DNA of 63,510 nt, the filler included, from Octopus bimaculoides (taxonomy: Eukaryota): assembly GCF_001194135.2 (NCBI RefSeq). It is 7 parts of 6 records of this genome, joined end to end, with 100 filler letters (N's around TTAATTAATTAA, not from the genome) between each part and the next. Parts side by side here need not be neighbours in the genome. Positions count along the whole stretch, not along the records: positions 37,498 to 55,269 come from NC_068986.1; positions 55,370 to 57,387 come from NW_026347759.1; positions 57,488 to 62,102 come from NC_068991.1; positions 62,203 to 63,510 come from NC_068983.1; 3 more parts are not named here. One strand, 5' to 3'. Below are positions 51,915 to 63,510 of the stretch, piece after piece. How positions within the stretch are numbered: position 1 is the stretch's first letter; the number at the start of each line of letters is the position of its first letter. The translations under genes and the position numbers were made by a program. The notes under the pieces are model-generated. The model saw only the letters and a program-made list of their open reading frames with translations. It had not been told where the DNA came from and searched no databases.

Positions 51915-52330
51915 TTTACTCTTTACTCTTTACTCTTTTACTTGTTTCAGTCTTTTGACTGTGGCCATGCTGGAGCACCGCCTTTAGTCGAGCAAATCGA
52001 CCCCAGGACTTATTCTTTGGAAGCCTAGTACTTATTCTATCGGTCTCTTTTACCGAACCGCTAAGTTACGGGGACATAAACACACCAGCATCGATTGTCA
52101 AGCGATGTTGTGGGGACAAACACAGACACACAAACGCATACACACATACATATATATATACATATATACGACGGGCTTCTTTCAGTTTCCGTGTACCAAA
52201 TCCACTCACAAGGCTTTGGTCGGCCCGAGGCTATAGTAGAAGACACTTGCCCAAGATGCCACGCAGTGGGACTGAACCCGGGACCATGTGGTTGGTAAGC
52301 AAGCTACTTACCACACAGCCACTCCTGGCT
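51915..52330 (-). mobile_element. Full-length SINE family B with short internal microsatellite
   Basis: Close reverse-complement match to 26857-27323; (AAGAGTA)n-like tail. Confidence 0.92.
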
Positions 52331-53159
52331 ACTATTTTTAGCATATCAAGCAACTATCTAGTGGCTCTCACGTTGGTTCCTATTTTTGTCTTTTGTTGCT
52401 GTTAGTGGTGGTGGTGGTGGTGGTGGTGGTGATGGTGGTGGTGGTAGCGGTGTTGGCAGTATTGGTAATGATGGCCTATTGTGGGATAGTGGCACTAAAT
52501 GGTGGTGGAGGGAACAAGGATGAAAATGATGACGGCGTGAATGTAGTTGTGTTGAGTTTCATGTTCTGTGTAGTTTGCGATGGATTTCTGAGCTGATGTT
52601 TGGAGTCAAGGCAAATCTGAATATATGTCATAATGGTTCATATGTATCGGTTGCCTTCTAGTGTGCCTCTGTCGTTATAGTGAGTAAAATGAACACATGT
52701 GTGTGCTCAAAGTATGATTAAATGCTCATCAGTTTTTCTTGCTATATCTTCGTGTATTAGCTGGCACTCCGTCGGTTACGACGAGAAGGGTTCCATTTGA
52801 TTCGATCAACGGAACAGCTTGCATGTGAAATTAACGTATTTCGTACTCTGCTGTAGAATGCTATAGAATGTTGTAGAATGGTGTAGAATGTGAAGTCAGC
52901 GAGCTGACTGGCGAAATCACTACCGCGTCGGATGAAATGCTTTGCTTTATTTCTTCCGGCTCTATACGTTGTGAATCCAAATGTCACCAAAGTTAAACAT
53001 TTTGTTTCGTGGAGGACTGGACCCGAAGTATTGGTGCAGCACCCCTCCGCTCATTATTGCTTACCTTATGCCAAAATTATAAGGGGAAGTGTTTATGTTA
53101 CTCAATGTTTAATGCTCATTGGTTTCGCTGGTAATAACAAGAAAGGTGGATTTGGTAGG

Positions 53160-53455
53160 TAGGTGGATCCGATCACCAGAACAGCTTGTTCGTGAAATTA
53201 ACGTGCAAGTGGCTGAGCACTCCACAAACACGTGTTCCCTTACTGTAGTACTCAAGGAGATTCAGCGTGACACAGAAGAGGACAAGATTGACCCCCCCCC
53301 CTTTAAATATAGGTATACCTCATTTCTGCTGGTTGAGTTGACTAGGGCAACGTGAAATAAAGTCTTGCTCAGGACACAACGCGCCGCTGGGATTTGAACT
53401 TACGACCTTACGATCGTGAGCCGAATTCCCTAACAACTAAGCCACGCGCCTTCAC
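53160..53455 (-). mobile_element. Chimeric SINE: C-type head and core with D-type tail
   Basis: GAAGGCGCGTGGCTTAG head, TTGTGTCCTGAGCAAGAC core, then GTCACGCTGAATCTCC...CACTTGCACGTTAATTTCACG. Confidence 0.75.
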
Positions 53456-53475
53456 TGAATAAGTATATAGATATC

Positions 53476-53818
53476 GTGATACTCCGTCGGTTACGACGAC
53501 GAAGGTCCCAGTTGATTCGATCAACGGAACTGCCTGCTTGTAAAATTAACTTGCAAGTGGCTGAGCACTCCACAGACACACAGAGTGTGACAAAGCTGGT
53601 CCTTTGAATTACAGGCACAACAGAAACAGGAAGAAAGAGTGAGAGAAAGTTGTGGTGGAAGAGTACAGCGGGGCTCGCCACCACCCACTGTCGGAGCCTC
53701 GTGGAGCTTTAGATGTTTTCACTTAATTAAACACTCACAACTCCGGGTCTGGGAATCGAAACCGCGATCCCACGACCGCGAGTTTGCTGCCCTGACCACT
53801 GGACCATTACGCCTCCAC
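53476..53818 (-). mobile_element. SINE family D with TSD
   Basis: ATATAGATAT at 53465-53474 and 53819-53828; another D 3' piece at 52765-52835. Confidence 0.85.
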
Positions 53819-54117
53819 ATATAGATATATTGAAATAGATATATATGCGGCTATCTAGACTTCGCTATCTCAGAGTTTCATATGTTGCGCACAGTCGTTA
53901 GCGTAGGAATAAAGACTTAATAATCATATATATCTAATAAACTTGTTGCACAATGTTTTATGCTTTTCATGCGTGAATGAAATAAAGACTGACTACGTAT
54001 GATTTATCAAATACTATTTATCATCAAACGGCTATAAAAAAACATTGCAGAAAACAGTCTTAAAGGTATATATAAAACTTGCCGTTGTATATAGTCGCAT
54101 TATCTGGAACATTAAAC

Positions 54118-54172
54118 GCAAAACGTTATCAATACTGCAAAACGTTATCAATACTGCAAAACGTTATCAATA
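54118..54172. repeat. 19-bp tandem repeat, about 3 copies (GCAAAACGTTATCAATACT)
   Basis: Two full copies and a 17-bp third. Confidence 0.95.
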
Positions 54173-54214
54173 TGGTTCCTGAAAAGAGTTCTGAATATGT
54201 CTTGTCCAGATAAA

Positions 54215-54420
54215 GTGACAAATGGTGAGTTTCTTAGATGTGCAAAGGTTATCTGGAGATTCTCAACAACAGAAGGAGACAGCAGACTCATTTCATTGCA
54301 CGCTATATGAGAAAGAAAAGGCTTTAATAATTGTCGACACCTGGGTAAAAAGAAGCCATGGAAGACAGAGAGGGGAGAAACTCGATGGTCTTACCAGCTG
54401 GTTTCAGAAAGAGCGTCCCA
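54215..54420 (+). mobile_element. Possible RTE-clade C-terminal fragment
   Basis: KRSHGRQRGEKLDGLTSW resembles the RTE motif GKRSRGRQR..LD. Confidence 0.5.
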
Positions 54421-54439
54421 ACCGCAAAATACACAACGG

Positions 54440-55146
54440 CTAAAAATTCAGCTTACGATGTGATTTCTGCTTGTTCATTACGACTGGACCATGATCGTTT
54501 TCGATTGATGCTATTGTAGACAATCCATTTTTCATCACCTGTGTTGATTCGTTTCAAAATCAGGTCAATTTCATTGCGTTTGAGATGCATATCGCAAATA
54601 TTGATTCGTTGTATTAAGTGGATCTCTTTCAATTTATGTGGAACCTACAAATCGAGCTTCTTAATGAGTCCAAGAGGGTTTAAGTGATTTTCAATTGTTG
54701 TATGTGATACATTTAACCTCTCGCACAGTTATATGACAATCAGATTCAATTATAGCTTTGATTCGGTCATCATCGAATTCAGTAGGTCGACCAAAACGTT
54801 AGTCATCTTTGAGTGAAAAATCTCCAAACTGAATTTTTAAAATTATTTCTGAATTGTGCATTCTGTTAAGCAATCAATATCTCTTTGTGAGCCTCAGCAG
54901 CTTTCTTGTTTTTACAGAAAGAAAAAAGTAAAATATGGTGAAAATGTTCGTTTTTTGCACTCCATGTTAAAATTGACACTGAACTAACTGATGTAAAGAA
55001 AATTACGTGCAATTTGCTTCTAGAGTAAGTTAAAAGCAACGGCTATCAAATGTCAAAAGGAAAAATTATAACTGACAAAAGTCATTAAAAAAAAATCGTA
55101 GCTCTATCTATTTGCGTAAAAAGAAATTACTTTCTTGCCAAGCCAA
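54440..55146 (-). mobile_element. Second mariner (mellifera subfamily-like), 5' half, decayed
   Basis: TA-TTGGCTTGGCAAGAAAGTAATT TIR; EHFHHILLF, GDFSLKD, GRPTEFDDDRIKAII, VSHTTIENHL, VPHKLKE, TGDEKWIVYN. Confidence 0.88.
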
Positions 55147-55369
55147 TAGTTCTATCTTGAGATATCAAGTACTAACATTCGTATATCAGTAATATACGGT
55201 ATTGTAGAGACATGGAAAATATATTAAGTATACATAAACACACCTGCATATGAACATAAGAGTACATATNNNNNNNNNNNNNNNNNNNNNNNNNNNNNNN
55301 NNNNNNNNNNNNNTTAATTAATTAANNNNNNNNNNNNNNNNNNNNNNNNNNNNNNNNNNNNNNNNNNNN

Positions 55370-55412
<43 letters not shown>

Positions 55413-55725
55413 CGTCAGAAAGCCAGTTAGACAACTCTTTTATTTCCCACCGGATGTTTACACAGAAAGTTTCTCTCTTCTCCACACAAACAACCATAAT
55501 ACCACATAAACATGGCGTTAATCAATCAATGAGAGACTCGTGCTTCCTACTTCCGGTATTGCGCAGTAACACACCTGCCTAACATATCAAAATATGAGCA
55601 AGCCAGCGAAGGGATTGCCGTCATGACGGGAAGAGGTACCTCACTAGAGCTTTCTGCATATTTAATATACATACTGTAGGGCTTCATATATATATGTATA
55701 TATACGGACGTGTATGTTGAGCACT

Positions 55726-55770
55726 CCTTACTGGAGACGTCTACGGAACTGACGAAACTGGACGTCTAGT
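55726..55770 (+). ncRNA. Degenerate minimal hammerhead-like motif
   Basis: TTA CTGGAGA C GTC..GAC GAAAC TGGAC GTC TAG. Confidence 0.4.
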
Positions 55771-57732
55771 CTGAGGATTTTTGTGTCGGCATGGGACAGT
55801 TGGCTCCTCTGTCTGTATGAATTTTCGCTCTTCCTATAGCATTAAGAGTATTTTAACTCCTATTTCCAGCAATGTATGTGCGTCAGCACCATTAGTCACA
55901 CTTAGTGACGATTGAATGTTTCCTTTTTGGAAACGAGTGAAATGCCGCTNNNNNNNNNNNNNNNNNNNNNNNNNNNNNNNNNNNNNNNNNNNNNNNNNNN
56001 NNNNNNNNNNNNNNNNNNNNNNNNNNNNNNNNNNNNNNNNNNNNNNNNNNNNNNNNNNNNNNNNNNNNNNNNNNNNNNNNNNNNNNNNNNNNNNNNNNNN
56101 NNNNNNNNNNNNNNNNNNNNNNNNNNNNNNNNNNNNNNNNNNNNNNNNNNNNNNNNNNNNNNNNNNNNNNNNNNNNNNNNNNNNNNNNNNNNNNNNNNNN
56201 NNNNNNNNNNNNNNNNNNNNNNNNNNNNNNNNNNNNNNNNNNNNNNNNNNNNNNNNNNNNNNNNNNNNNNNNNNNNNNNNNNNNNNNNNNNNNNNNNNNN
56301 NNNNNNNNNNNNNNNNNNNNNNNNNNNNNNNNNNNNNNNNNNNNNNNNNNNNNNNNNNNNNNNNNNNNNNNNNNNNNNNNNNNNNNNNNNNNNNNNNNNN
56401 NNNNNNNNNNNNNNNNNNNNNNNNNNNNNNNNNNNNNNNNNNNNNNNNNNNNNNNNNNNNNNNNNNNNNNNNNNNNNNNNNNNNNNNNNNNNNNNNNNNN
56501 NNNNNNNNNNNNNNNNNNNNNNNNNNNNNNNNNNNNNNNNNNNNNNNNNNNNNNNNNNNNNNNNNNNNNNNNNNNNNNNNNNNNNNNNNNNNNNNNNNNN
56601 NNNNNNNNNNNNNNNNNNNNNNNNNNNNNNNNNNNNNNNNNNNNNNNNNNNNNNNNNNNNNNNNNNNNNNNNNNNNNNNNNNNNNNNNNNNNNNNNNNNN
56701 NNNNNNNNNNNNNNNNNNNNNNNNNNNNNNNNNNNNNNNNNNNNNNNNNNNNNNNNNNNNNNNNNNNNNNNNNNNNNNNNNNNNNNNNNNNNNNNNNNNN
56801 NNNNNNNNNNNNNNNNNNNNNNNNNNNNNNNNNNNNNNNNNNNNNNNNNNNNNNNNNNNNNNNNNNNNNNNNNNNNNNNNNNNNNNNNNNNNNNNNNNNN
56901 NNNNNNNNNNNNNNNNNAAAGAAGTTGTGATTTGGCAGAGCTACGAAAATGGCGGCTGCAATGCTTGGTAAGTCGTATGCATCCTGGTTTTCTGAGCTCC
57001 GAGTTTCAAACCCTACCAATGTCGATTTCGTTCGGCTTAGTTGATAATCCTTTCTGGATTAATAAATGAGTTTCCAGTCTGGAACAGGATTAGGAGCGAA
57101 ATATTTAGAAGCATAAGATGGAGTGTTTGGGACCCTCGTGCCATTTTCACAACGAAATCGAATCCGCTAGTCTGAAGTATATGAACAATATGTATAAATC
57201 ATACACTGATTTGAAAAGGTGCCGCATAGGCAAAATAAAATTCGAATTATGCAATATAACCAGTTCTATTGTAAAACTTCTATCGATATAACATAGTTAA
57301 TGTATGTGTATTGTTTAAATGACAAAACCTGCGATTTTCGTCAGGGGAAATTCGCTTATAGATAGATAGATAGATAGATAGATAGATNNNNNNNNNNNNN
57401 NNNNNNNNNNNNNNNNNNNNNNNNNNNNNNNTTAATTAATTAANNNNNNNNNNNNNNNNNNNNNNNNNNNNNNNNNNNNNNNNNNNNAGTTTTTTGTTTG
57501 TTTGTGTGTTTTTCTCGAGCCCTCTGTCACATGAGACAGGATACCCGCTTTGTATGGTGTACAAGTGACCAAGATCACAGATGACAACATTGCTCCTGAA
57601 TAGGACGCATTCTCATTGTTATGTTCAAGGCTGGCAATTTTGAGGCGAGGGTACGAGCCAATTACATTAACCCTCCACCATCCTTGACTGATACGTTATC
57701 TTATCTACCCGGGTTACATATAGCTTACATTG

Positions 57733-58110
57733 GCACAGGCGTGGTTGTGTGGTAATAAGATTGTTTCCCAGCCACAAGGTTCCAGAATCAGTTCCACAGT
57801 ATGGCATCTTGACCAAAAGTCTTCTTCTATAGCCTTGTGCCCATCAAAGACTTGCGAGTGGATTTGATAGACGGAAACTTAAAGAAGCCCATCGTGTGTG
57901 TGTGTGTGTGTGTGTGTGTACGTACGTGTTTCTCCCACCTCACCGCTGCTATGTTTGTTTATGCCCAGCATAATGTATTGCGTTTCCGCAATAGTGACCA
58001 ATAGAATCAGAACTTAACTAAAATATGCAGTAGTGAAGGTCGTTCGGCTAAAACTTTTCTAAGCGCTGCTATAGCATGGCCACAATCCAACAAATGAAAA
58101 AAGTAAAAGA
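57733..58110 (+). mobile_element. Diverged SINE family B
   Basis: GGCACAGGCGTGGTTGTGTGG head, TG core, degenerate 3' half. Confidence 0.7.
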
Positions 58111-58990
58111 AATATACAGATACACACTCGCACATATTCATATATAACATTTTGTCATTCACATGTCTTTAGCTCAAGAACAAAACCACAAATCTCTCCG
58201 TAACACATAAAAGTTTTATTACTGTAAAATATAAAATAAGAAAGAAAAAGAAAAACAATGAGGCGTTTAAGCTTTTCCTTGCATAGATTAAACTCCGTTC
58301 GAAGTTCACATCAATCTTGACATTGCTTGTCCACCAAAATGATAAAACGCACTTCTTGTTCATCTGATAAAATAACGAAAATGCTCCATTTAAGCCGTAC
58401 AATTACCTTCTCTCTGGACTCAGATATATATCATTGTTCTCGCAAACGAAGAAATACAGAATGTAGAAATTACTCTCTGATGTCAATACTAATTAATCTC
58501 TATGAGAAATGTTCGATAATTACCTAAATTCTTGCCAACATAAAACTTCTAGATATCCAATACTTGGAAATAAAGTCGCTAATAATTAACTTTTACGCAG
58601 ACAGCGGTTGTTCTTATGTGGACGATAATACAAGAACTGAGAGAGTCATTAGCTGCAGAGAGAGGGGGGGGGAAGAGAAAGTGTGAAAGGGAAATGAAAA
58701 GTGAGAGAAAAAGAGAGAGAGAAAAGGAAAGAGAAAGAAAGAGTATTAACTTCTCAATGATCGTGATGGTGTTAGTGTGGGGTTTATGGGAAGGTCATAT
58801 ATTTAAATGAGATTTTATTTGAGACAGAATGCGTGCACAGCCTAGCAGTTACGAGTGTTCGATTCGTGATCGTTAGTTTGGGAGTTCAATTCCTAGATCG
58901 GGAAGTGCGCGTTAAATCGTTGAGCAACGCATTTCATTTCATGTTGCTGCAATGGACAAAGCCAAGAGCTTGCATACATCTCTCTCTCTT

Positions 58991-59082
<92 letters not shown>

Positions 59083-59089
59083 CTCAGAT

Positions 59090-59340
59090 AGCCTTTCTAC
59101 TATAGGCCCAAGGCCTGAAATTTGGGGAAGGAGATAATCGATTATTTGATACATACTGGTTTAGAATTATGGCACACGGTCAACAATTTCCAGTGGAGAG
59201 GAGGTAAGTCAATTACATCGACCTCAGTGCGCAACTGGTATTTATTTTATCGAACCCGAAAGGATGAAAGGCAAAGCCGACCTCGGTGGCATTTGAACAC
59301 GGAAAGTAAAGACGGACGAAATGCCGCTTAGGCATTTTGA
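59090..59340 (-). mobile_element. SINE family A pieces, tail type A2
   Basis: GGCAAAGCCGACCTCGGTGGCATTTGAAC; a SINE B 3' half follows at about 59470-59700. Confidence 0.7.
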
Positions 59341-59924
59341 AAGCCATGATACATTTTACCAAACCCCATTCGTCCGGGAGTGACAAAGAGCACTTTAAAT
59401 TGCACCGACAAGAGTGTAGCTTTACCGTCTTAGAAATAACAGTTAAACCTCCCTGAAGCTACATGATATATGTGCGCGGGGGTGTCTGTGTTTGCGTTCG
59501 CACCCTTTTACTGTTTGGCAATTGGTGTTGATTTGTTTACGCCCCCGTAACTTTGCATTTCCGCAAAAAAAAAAACAAGGTCGATAGTATAAGTACCAGA
59601 CTTTAAAAGAAAAACAAGGTCTGGGATCGATTTCTTCGACTAAACACTTCAAGGAAGTGCCCCAGTCTGGCCACAGTCCAATAGCTGAAACAAGTAAAAA
59701 GCGTTTAAGCAAAACGCATTTACCTTTAAATTTGAAACCATGTGTACATCTAAATCACATTTCAATAGCAGGAGTACTAAAGCAATTAAAACTTCAACTT
59801 GGTCGGCCGAAATGGCTGACCATCACTGCAGAATGGCGTGATTTAGAACGATTGAACCTTTGGTGATACCCTTAAGATGTCTACCGACTACATACTGACA
59901 GTGTCATTATTATGCATACCCATC

Positions 59925-60305
59925 AGGCGGCGAGCTGGTAGAATCGTTAGCACGCCGGGCGAAATGCTTAGCGGTATTTCGTCTGCCGTTACGTTCAGAG
60001 TTCAAATTCTGCCGGGGTTGACTTTGCCTTTCATCCTTTCAGGGTCGATAAATTAAGTACCAGTTGCGTACTGGGGTCAATCTAATCGACTGGTTCCCTT
60101 CCCAAACATTTCGGGCATTGTGCCTAGAGTAGAAAAGAATCGTTAACACGCCGGGCGAAAAGCGGTATTTCGTCTGTCGCTACGTTCTGAGTTCAAATTC
60201 CGCCGGGGTCGATTAAATAAGTACTAGTCACGCAACTGGGATCGATGTAATCGATTTATTATTCCCTTCTCCCAATTTTGAGGCCGTGTCCTTCCAGTAG
60301 AAAGA
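59925..60305 (+). mobile_element. Head-to-tail dimer of SINE family A with one outer TSD
   Basis: Monomers at 59925-60140 and about 60137-60305; ATTATTATGCA[T/C]AC at 59906-59919 and 60306-60319. Confidence 0.8.
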
Positions 60306-60569
60306 ATTATTATGCACACATATATACCTGCTTAATATAGTCCGCAATATAATTAGCATTTTATATTTATGGTTTAAGTAACTTAAGAAACAATTGAAAT
60401 ACTGCTGATGCCATTTTTATGGTGTAACAACATACAATTCTCGCTGGTTAGAATAAAGTTTCGAAAACGAAGAGAAAAAAATTCAGAGGTGTGCTTTGGT
60501 CTGATGATAGAACGCCTGTCATGTCTGCAGGCGATGTGGGCTCCTGTCTTACGAGCACCGTTTTATCCT

Positions 60570-61220
60570 TTTATTTGTTTCAGCCTTTTGACTGTGGCCT
60601 TGCTGGAGCACTGCCTTTAGTCGAACAAATCGACCCCAGGACTTATTCTTTGTAAGCCAAATACTTATTCTATCGCACTCTTTTGCTGAACCGCTACCTT
60701 GCGGAGATAAAACACACCAACATTGGTTGTCAAGTGATGGTAGTGGGACAAACACAGACACAAAAGTATACACACACACACACACACACACACATACATA
60801 TANNNNNNNNNNNNNNNNNNNNNNNNNNNNNNNNNNNNNNNNNNNNNNNNNNNNNNNNNNNNNNNNNNNNNNNNNNNNNNNNNNNNNNNNNNNNNNNNNN
60901 NNNNNNNNNNNNNNNNNNNNNNNNNNNNNNNNNNNNNNNNNNNNNNNNNNNNNNNNNNNNNNNNNNNNNNNNNNNNNNNNNNNNNNNNNNNNNNNNNNNN
61001 NNNNNNNNNNNNNNNNNNNNNNNNNNNNNNNNNNTATATATATATGTATGTATATATATATATTTATATACACGAAAGGCTTCTTTCAGTTTCCGTCTAC
61101 CAAATCCATTCACAGGGCTTTGGTCGGTCTGAGGCTATGGTAGAAACCCTTACCCAAGGTGCCATGCACTGGGACTGAACCCGGAACCATATGGTTGGGA
61201 AGCAAGCTACTTCCCACAAT
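60570..61220 (-). mobile_element. SINE family B with an assembly gap at its internal microsatellite
   Basis: 3' half at 60570-60800, N gap at 60803-61035, 5' half at 61070-61220. Confidence 0.85.
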
Positions 61221-61614
61221 TTGTCTCTCCTATTTGAAAGGATTTTTCAACTCGATAGGCTATTAACTATAGCTTTAAATGTGCTTCGAGATTCAGTTCC
61301 ACGTTCTCCAGAAAGTTAAAAATTCGTATGCCGAACAAAGATGTCTTCACGTATTTCAGTACGATTCATTAAGATCTGAGTTCAATTTCTACCGTGGTCA
61401 ACCTTCCTTTTCATCTTTCCGTAGTAATGTAGTTACTTTATGTTTTTATGATGCATCCCTTTAGTGAGTTGTATTAACCACCTCTTCTATTTCCGTAAGG
61501 AAGGCACTCGACAGAGGGTGGCAGGTATGTTGTGCACCCGACATTAACCAGTTCCTCTTTCGTCGCTGCTTTTCCATTCGTGTGTGAGATAGCTATTATA
61601 TGATTTTGATCTCA

Positions 61615-62102
61615 TATATCTTTCCCTCTTTCTTTCTTTCTATCTATCTATCTCTGTGTCTTTCTTTCCTTTTCCCTGTCTCTCTCTCTATCCCGGTAAC
61701 TTCCTCTGTCTGTCTGTCTCTCTCTCTATCTATTTCTCTCTCTCTCTCTCTCTTTCTCTCTCTCCAGTTCATGCTCTCTCCCTCTCTCTCTCTCTTTCTC
61801 TCTCTCCAGTTCATGCTCTCTCCCTCTCTCCGTCTATCCCTCTCTCCGTCTATCCCTCTCGTCCGTTTACCCCCTCTCTCTCTCTTTCTTTCAGTCCCTC
61901 TCCCCATTCTCTTTTTCCCCAACTCATGCTCTCTGGCTCTCTCTCTCTCTCTCTCTCTCTCTCCCGCTCATGCTATCTGGCTCTCTCTCTCCTGCCCACA
62001 CATTCTCTCTCTCTGTCTATTTCTCTCTCCCATTCACTCTCACTCTCTCTTTCTATCCCTCTCTGTCCATCTCCCCACTCTCTCTCCCCCTCTCTCTTTC
62101 TC
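61615..62102. repeat. CT-rich composite satellite
   Basis: (CT)n with recurring CCAGTTCATGCTCTCTCCC (61764, 61806) and CTCATGCT..CTGGCTCTC units. Confidence 0.9.
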
Positions 62103-62202
62103 NNNNNNNNNNNNNNNNNNNNNNNNNNNNNNNNNNNNNNNNNNNNTTAATTAATTAANNNNNNNNNNNNNNNNNNNNNNNNNNNNNNNNNNNNNNNNNN
62201 NN

Positions 62203-63510
62203 GTCCGCGTAAGCAGAAACCGATTTTCCACAACCTGGCTGTCTCGGGATGCCGCTCAATTTTCGCAGTAATGGCTCGAGGGCCATCACATACAAAATCG
62301 GGGAGAGCGGACACCCTTGACGAACCGAGCGTTTGATGTTGAACGGCTTCGATATGAAGCCGTTCACCCGAACTACCGAGTCGATGTTGTCGTAAATCTC
62401 GATGATCCACCTAAGAAAACCAAGACCCAGACCGAACTGCGCCAGAACGGACACTAGGTAGCGATGATCAACCCTATCGAATGCCTTAGATTGGTCTAAA
62501 TGGACCAGTGCCCCACCCTTGCCAGCATCATTATTAAACCCTTCTAAAGTGTATCTTGTAAGATGGAGATTATCCTGGACGGTTCTGCCGGGAACGGCAC
62601 ACGTTTGTGCCTCCCCGATCAGACCGTCCGCGACACGCGCCAATCTTTTCGATAACACTTTGGCCAGAATCTTCAACTCTGTGTTTAGCAGAGTGATGGG
62701 CCGAAAATTATCAATAGAATCCCCCTTGTTCGGGTCCTTTCTGACAAGCGTCACCACCCTACCCCGGCGCACAGATTTGGGAATAAACCCATTCTGCTGC
62801 CAGTTCGCGTAGACATTTGCCTGTAGGTGCCCGAACAAGTCTGGCATACTTTTGTACAACTCGTAGGGTAAACCATCCAGTCCTGGCGCCTCACCCGTGC
62901 TGCAGTCAGCCATCGCCTCAATTACTTCCTCGGGTGTGATCGGCCCTTCACAGCTCTCCGCGTCCCGCCCCGATAGACGCGGCAGCCCGGCGAGGAAGTC
63001 CGTTAGGTCCCTCCTGCTATCCGGCCCGCCACCCCCATCGAAAAGCTGGGCGAAGTGCTCCTGAAAGGTCTTACACATCTCTTCGGGTTCGTTTATCAAC
63101 ATACCTTGTTGGTTCGTCAAAGATCCAATTGTAGCATCATTGCCACGTTGGGCTTCCACCACTCGGGCCCATCCTGCGGTCTTGGTGCCCTCGCAACCCA
63201 TAGCACGAATTCTAGCTCTGACAATGCAGCCCATGTGTTTGGCTTCGAGGTGCTGGTTTAACGCCAGTCTCTTGGCCTTCACCTGAATCGCAGAGCCAGT
63301 TCTCATTGCTTCCTCTAATTTCTTAACTAAAACTGTTTCCTTCCTACGCTCTCTAGCCACTAAACTTATGCTATATCTAACAGACTCAAATTTAATGGCT
63401 CGTTTGAGGGCATACCACCATTTATTATTAATAATGGCGCCGGTTAATGCCCTCTGAATCAACAAACTAATCCGATCTCTGTACTCCTTAATCGCCAAAA
63501 GGGACGTATT
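62203..63510 (-). CDS. L1/Tx1-clade LINE ORF2, RT region, partial and uninterrupted
   Basis: NTSLL..YRDRI, WWYALKRAIK, PGLDGLPYELY, NFRPITLLN, LDQSKAFDRVDH, VRQGCPLSPILY, YAD at the gap; open to the window end. Confidence 0.92.

Noticed and set aside
56946-56956. AAAATGGCGGC YY1 motif
   Set aside because: Lies within a degenerate SINE-A head alignment.

Overview
Repeat-dominated, gap-rich eukaryotic window with no recognisable host gene. The SINE families and microsatellite load look like an octopus genome; this is inferred from recall, not searched. Main contents: (1) a nested DNA-transposon stack at 1.7-7.8 kb, with a DD41D-type Tc1/mariner containing a hAT, which contains a mellifera-type mariner and a SINE; (2) many RLE-type R4/Dong-like non-LTR fragments in (TAA)n tracts, plus a separate RLE family associated with (CATA)n; (3) CR1, RTE and L1/Tx1 fragments; (4) four or more modular tRNA-derived SINE families; (5) about 15% N gaps with artificial linkers. 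Best leads: a ~2.1-kb ORF1-only (HAL1-like) retroelement with a 16-bp TSD inside a SINE head; the CATA-associated RLE family; three degenerate minimal hammerhead-like motifs; an inverted pair of Helitron-like 5' ends; and a covarying stem in R4/Dong 3' UTRs. All family calls come from motif recognition by eye, and most boundaries are approximate.
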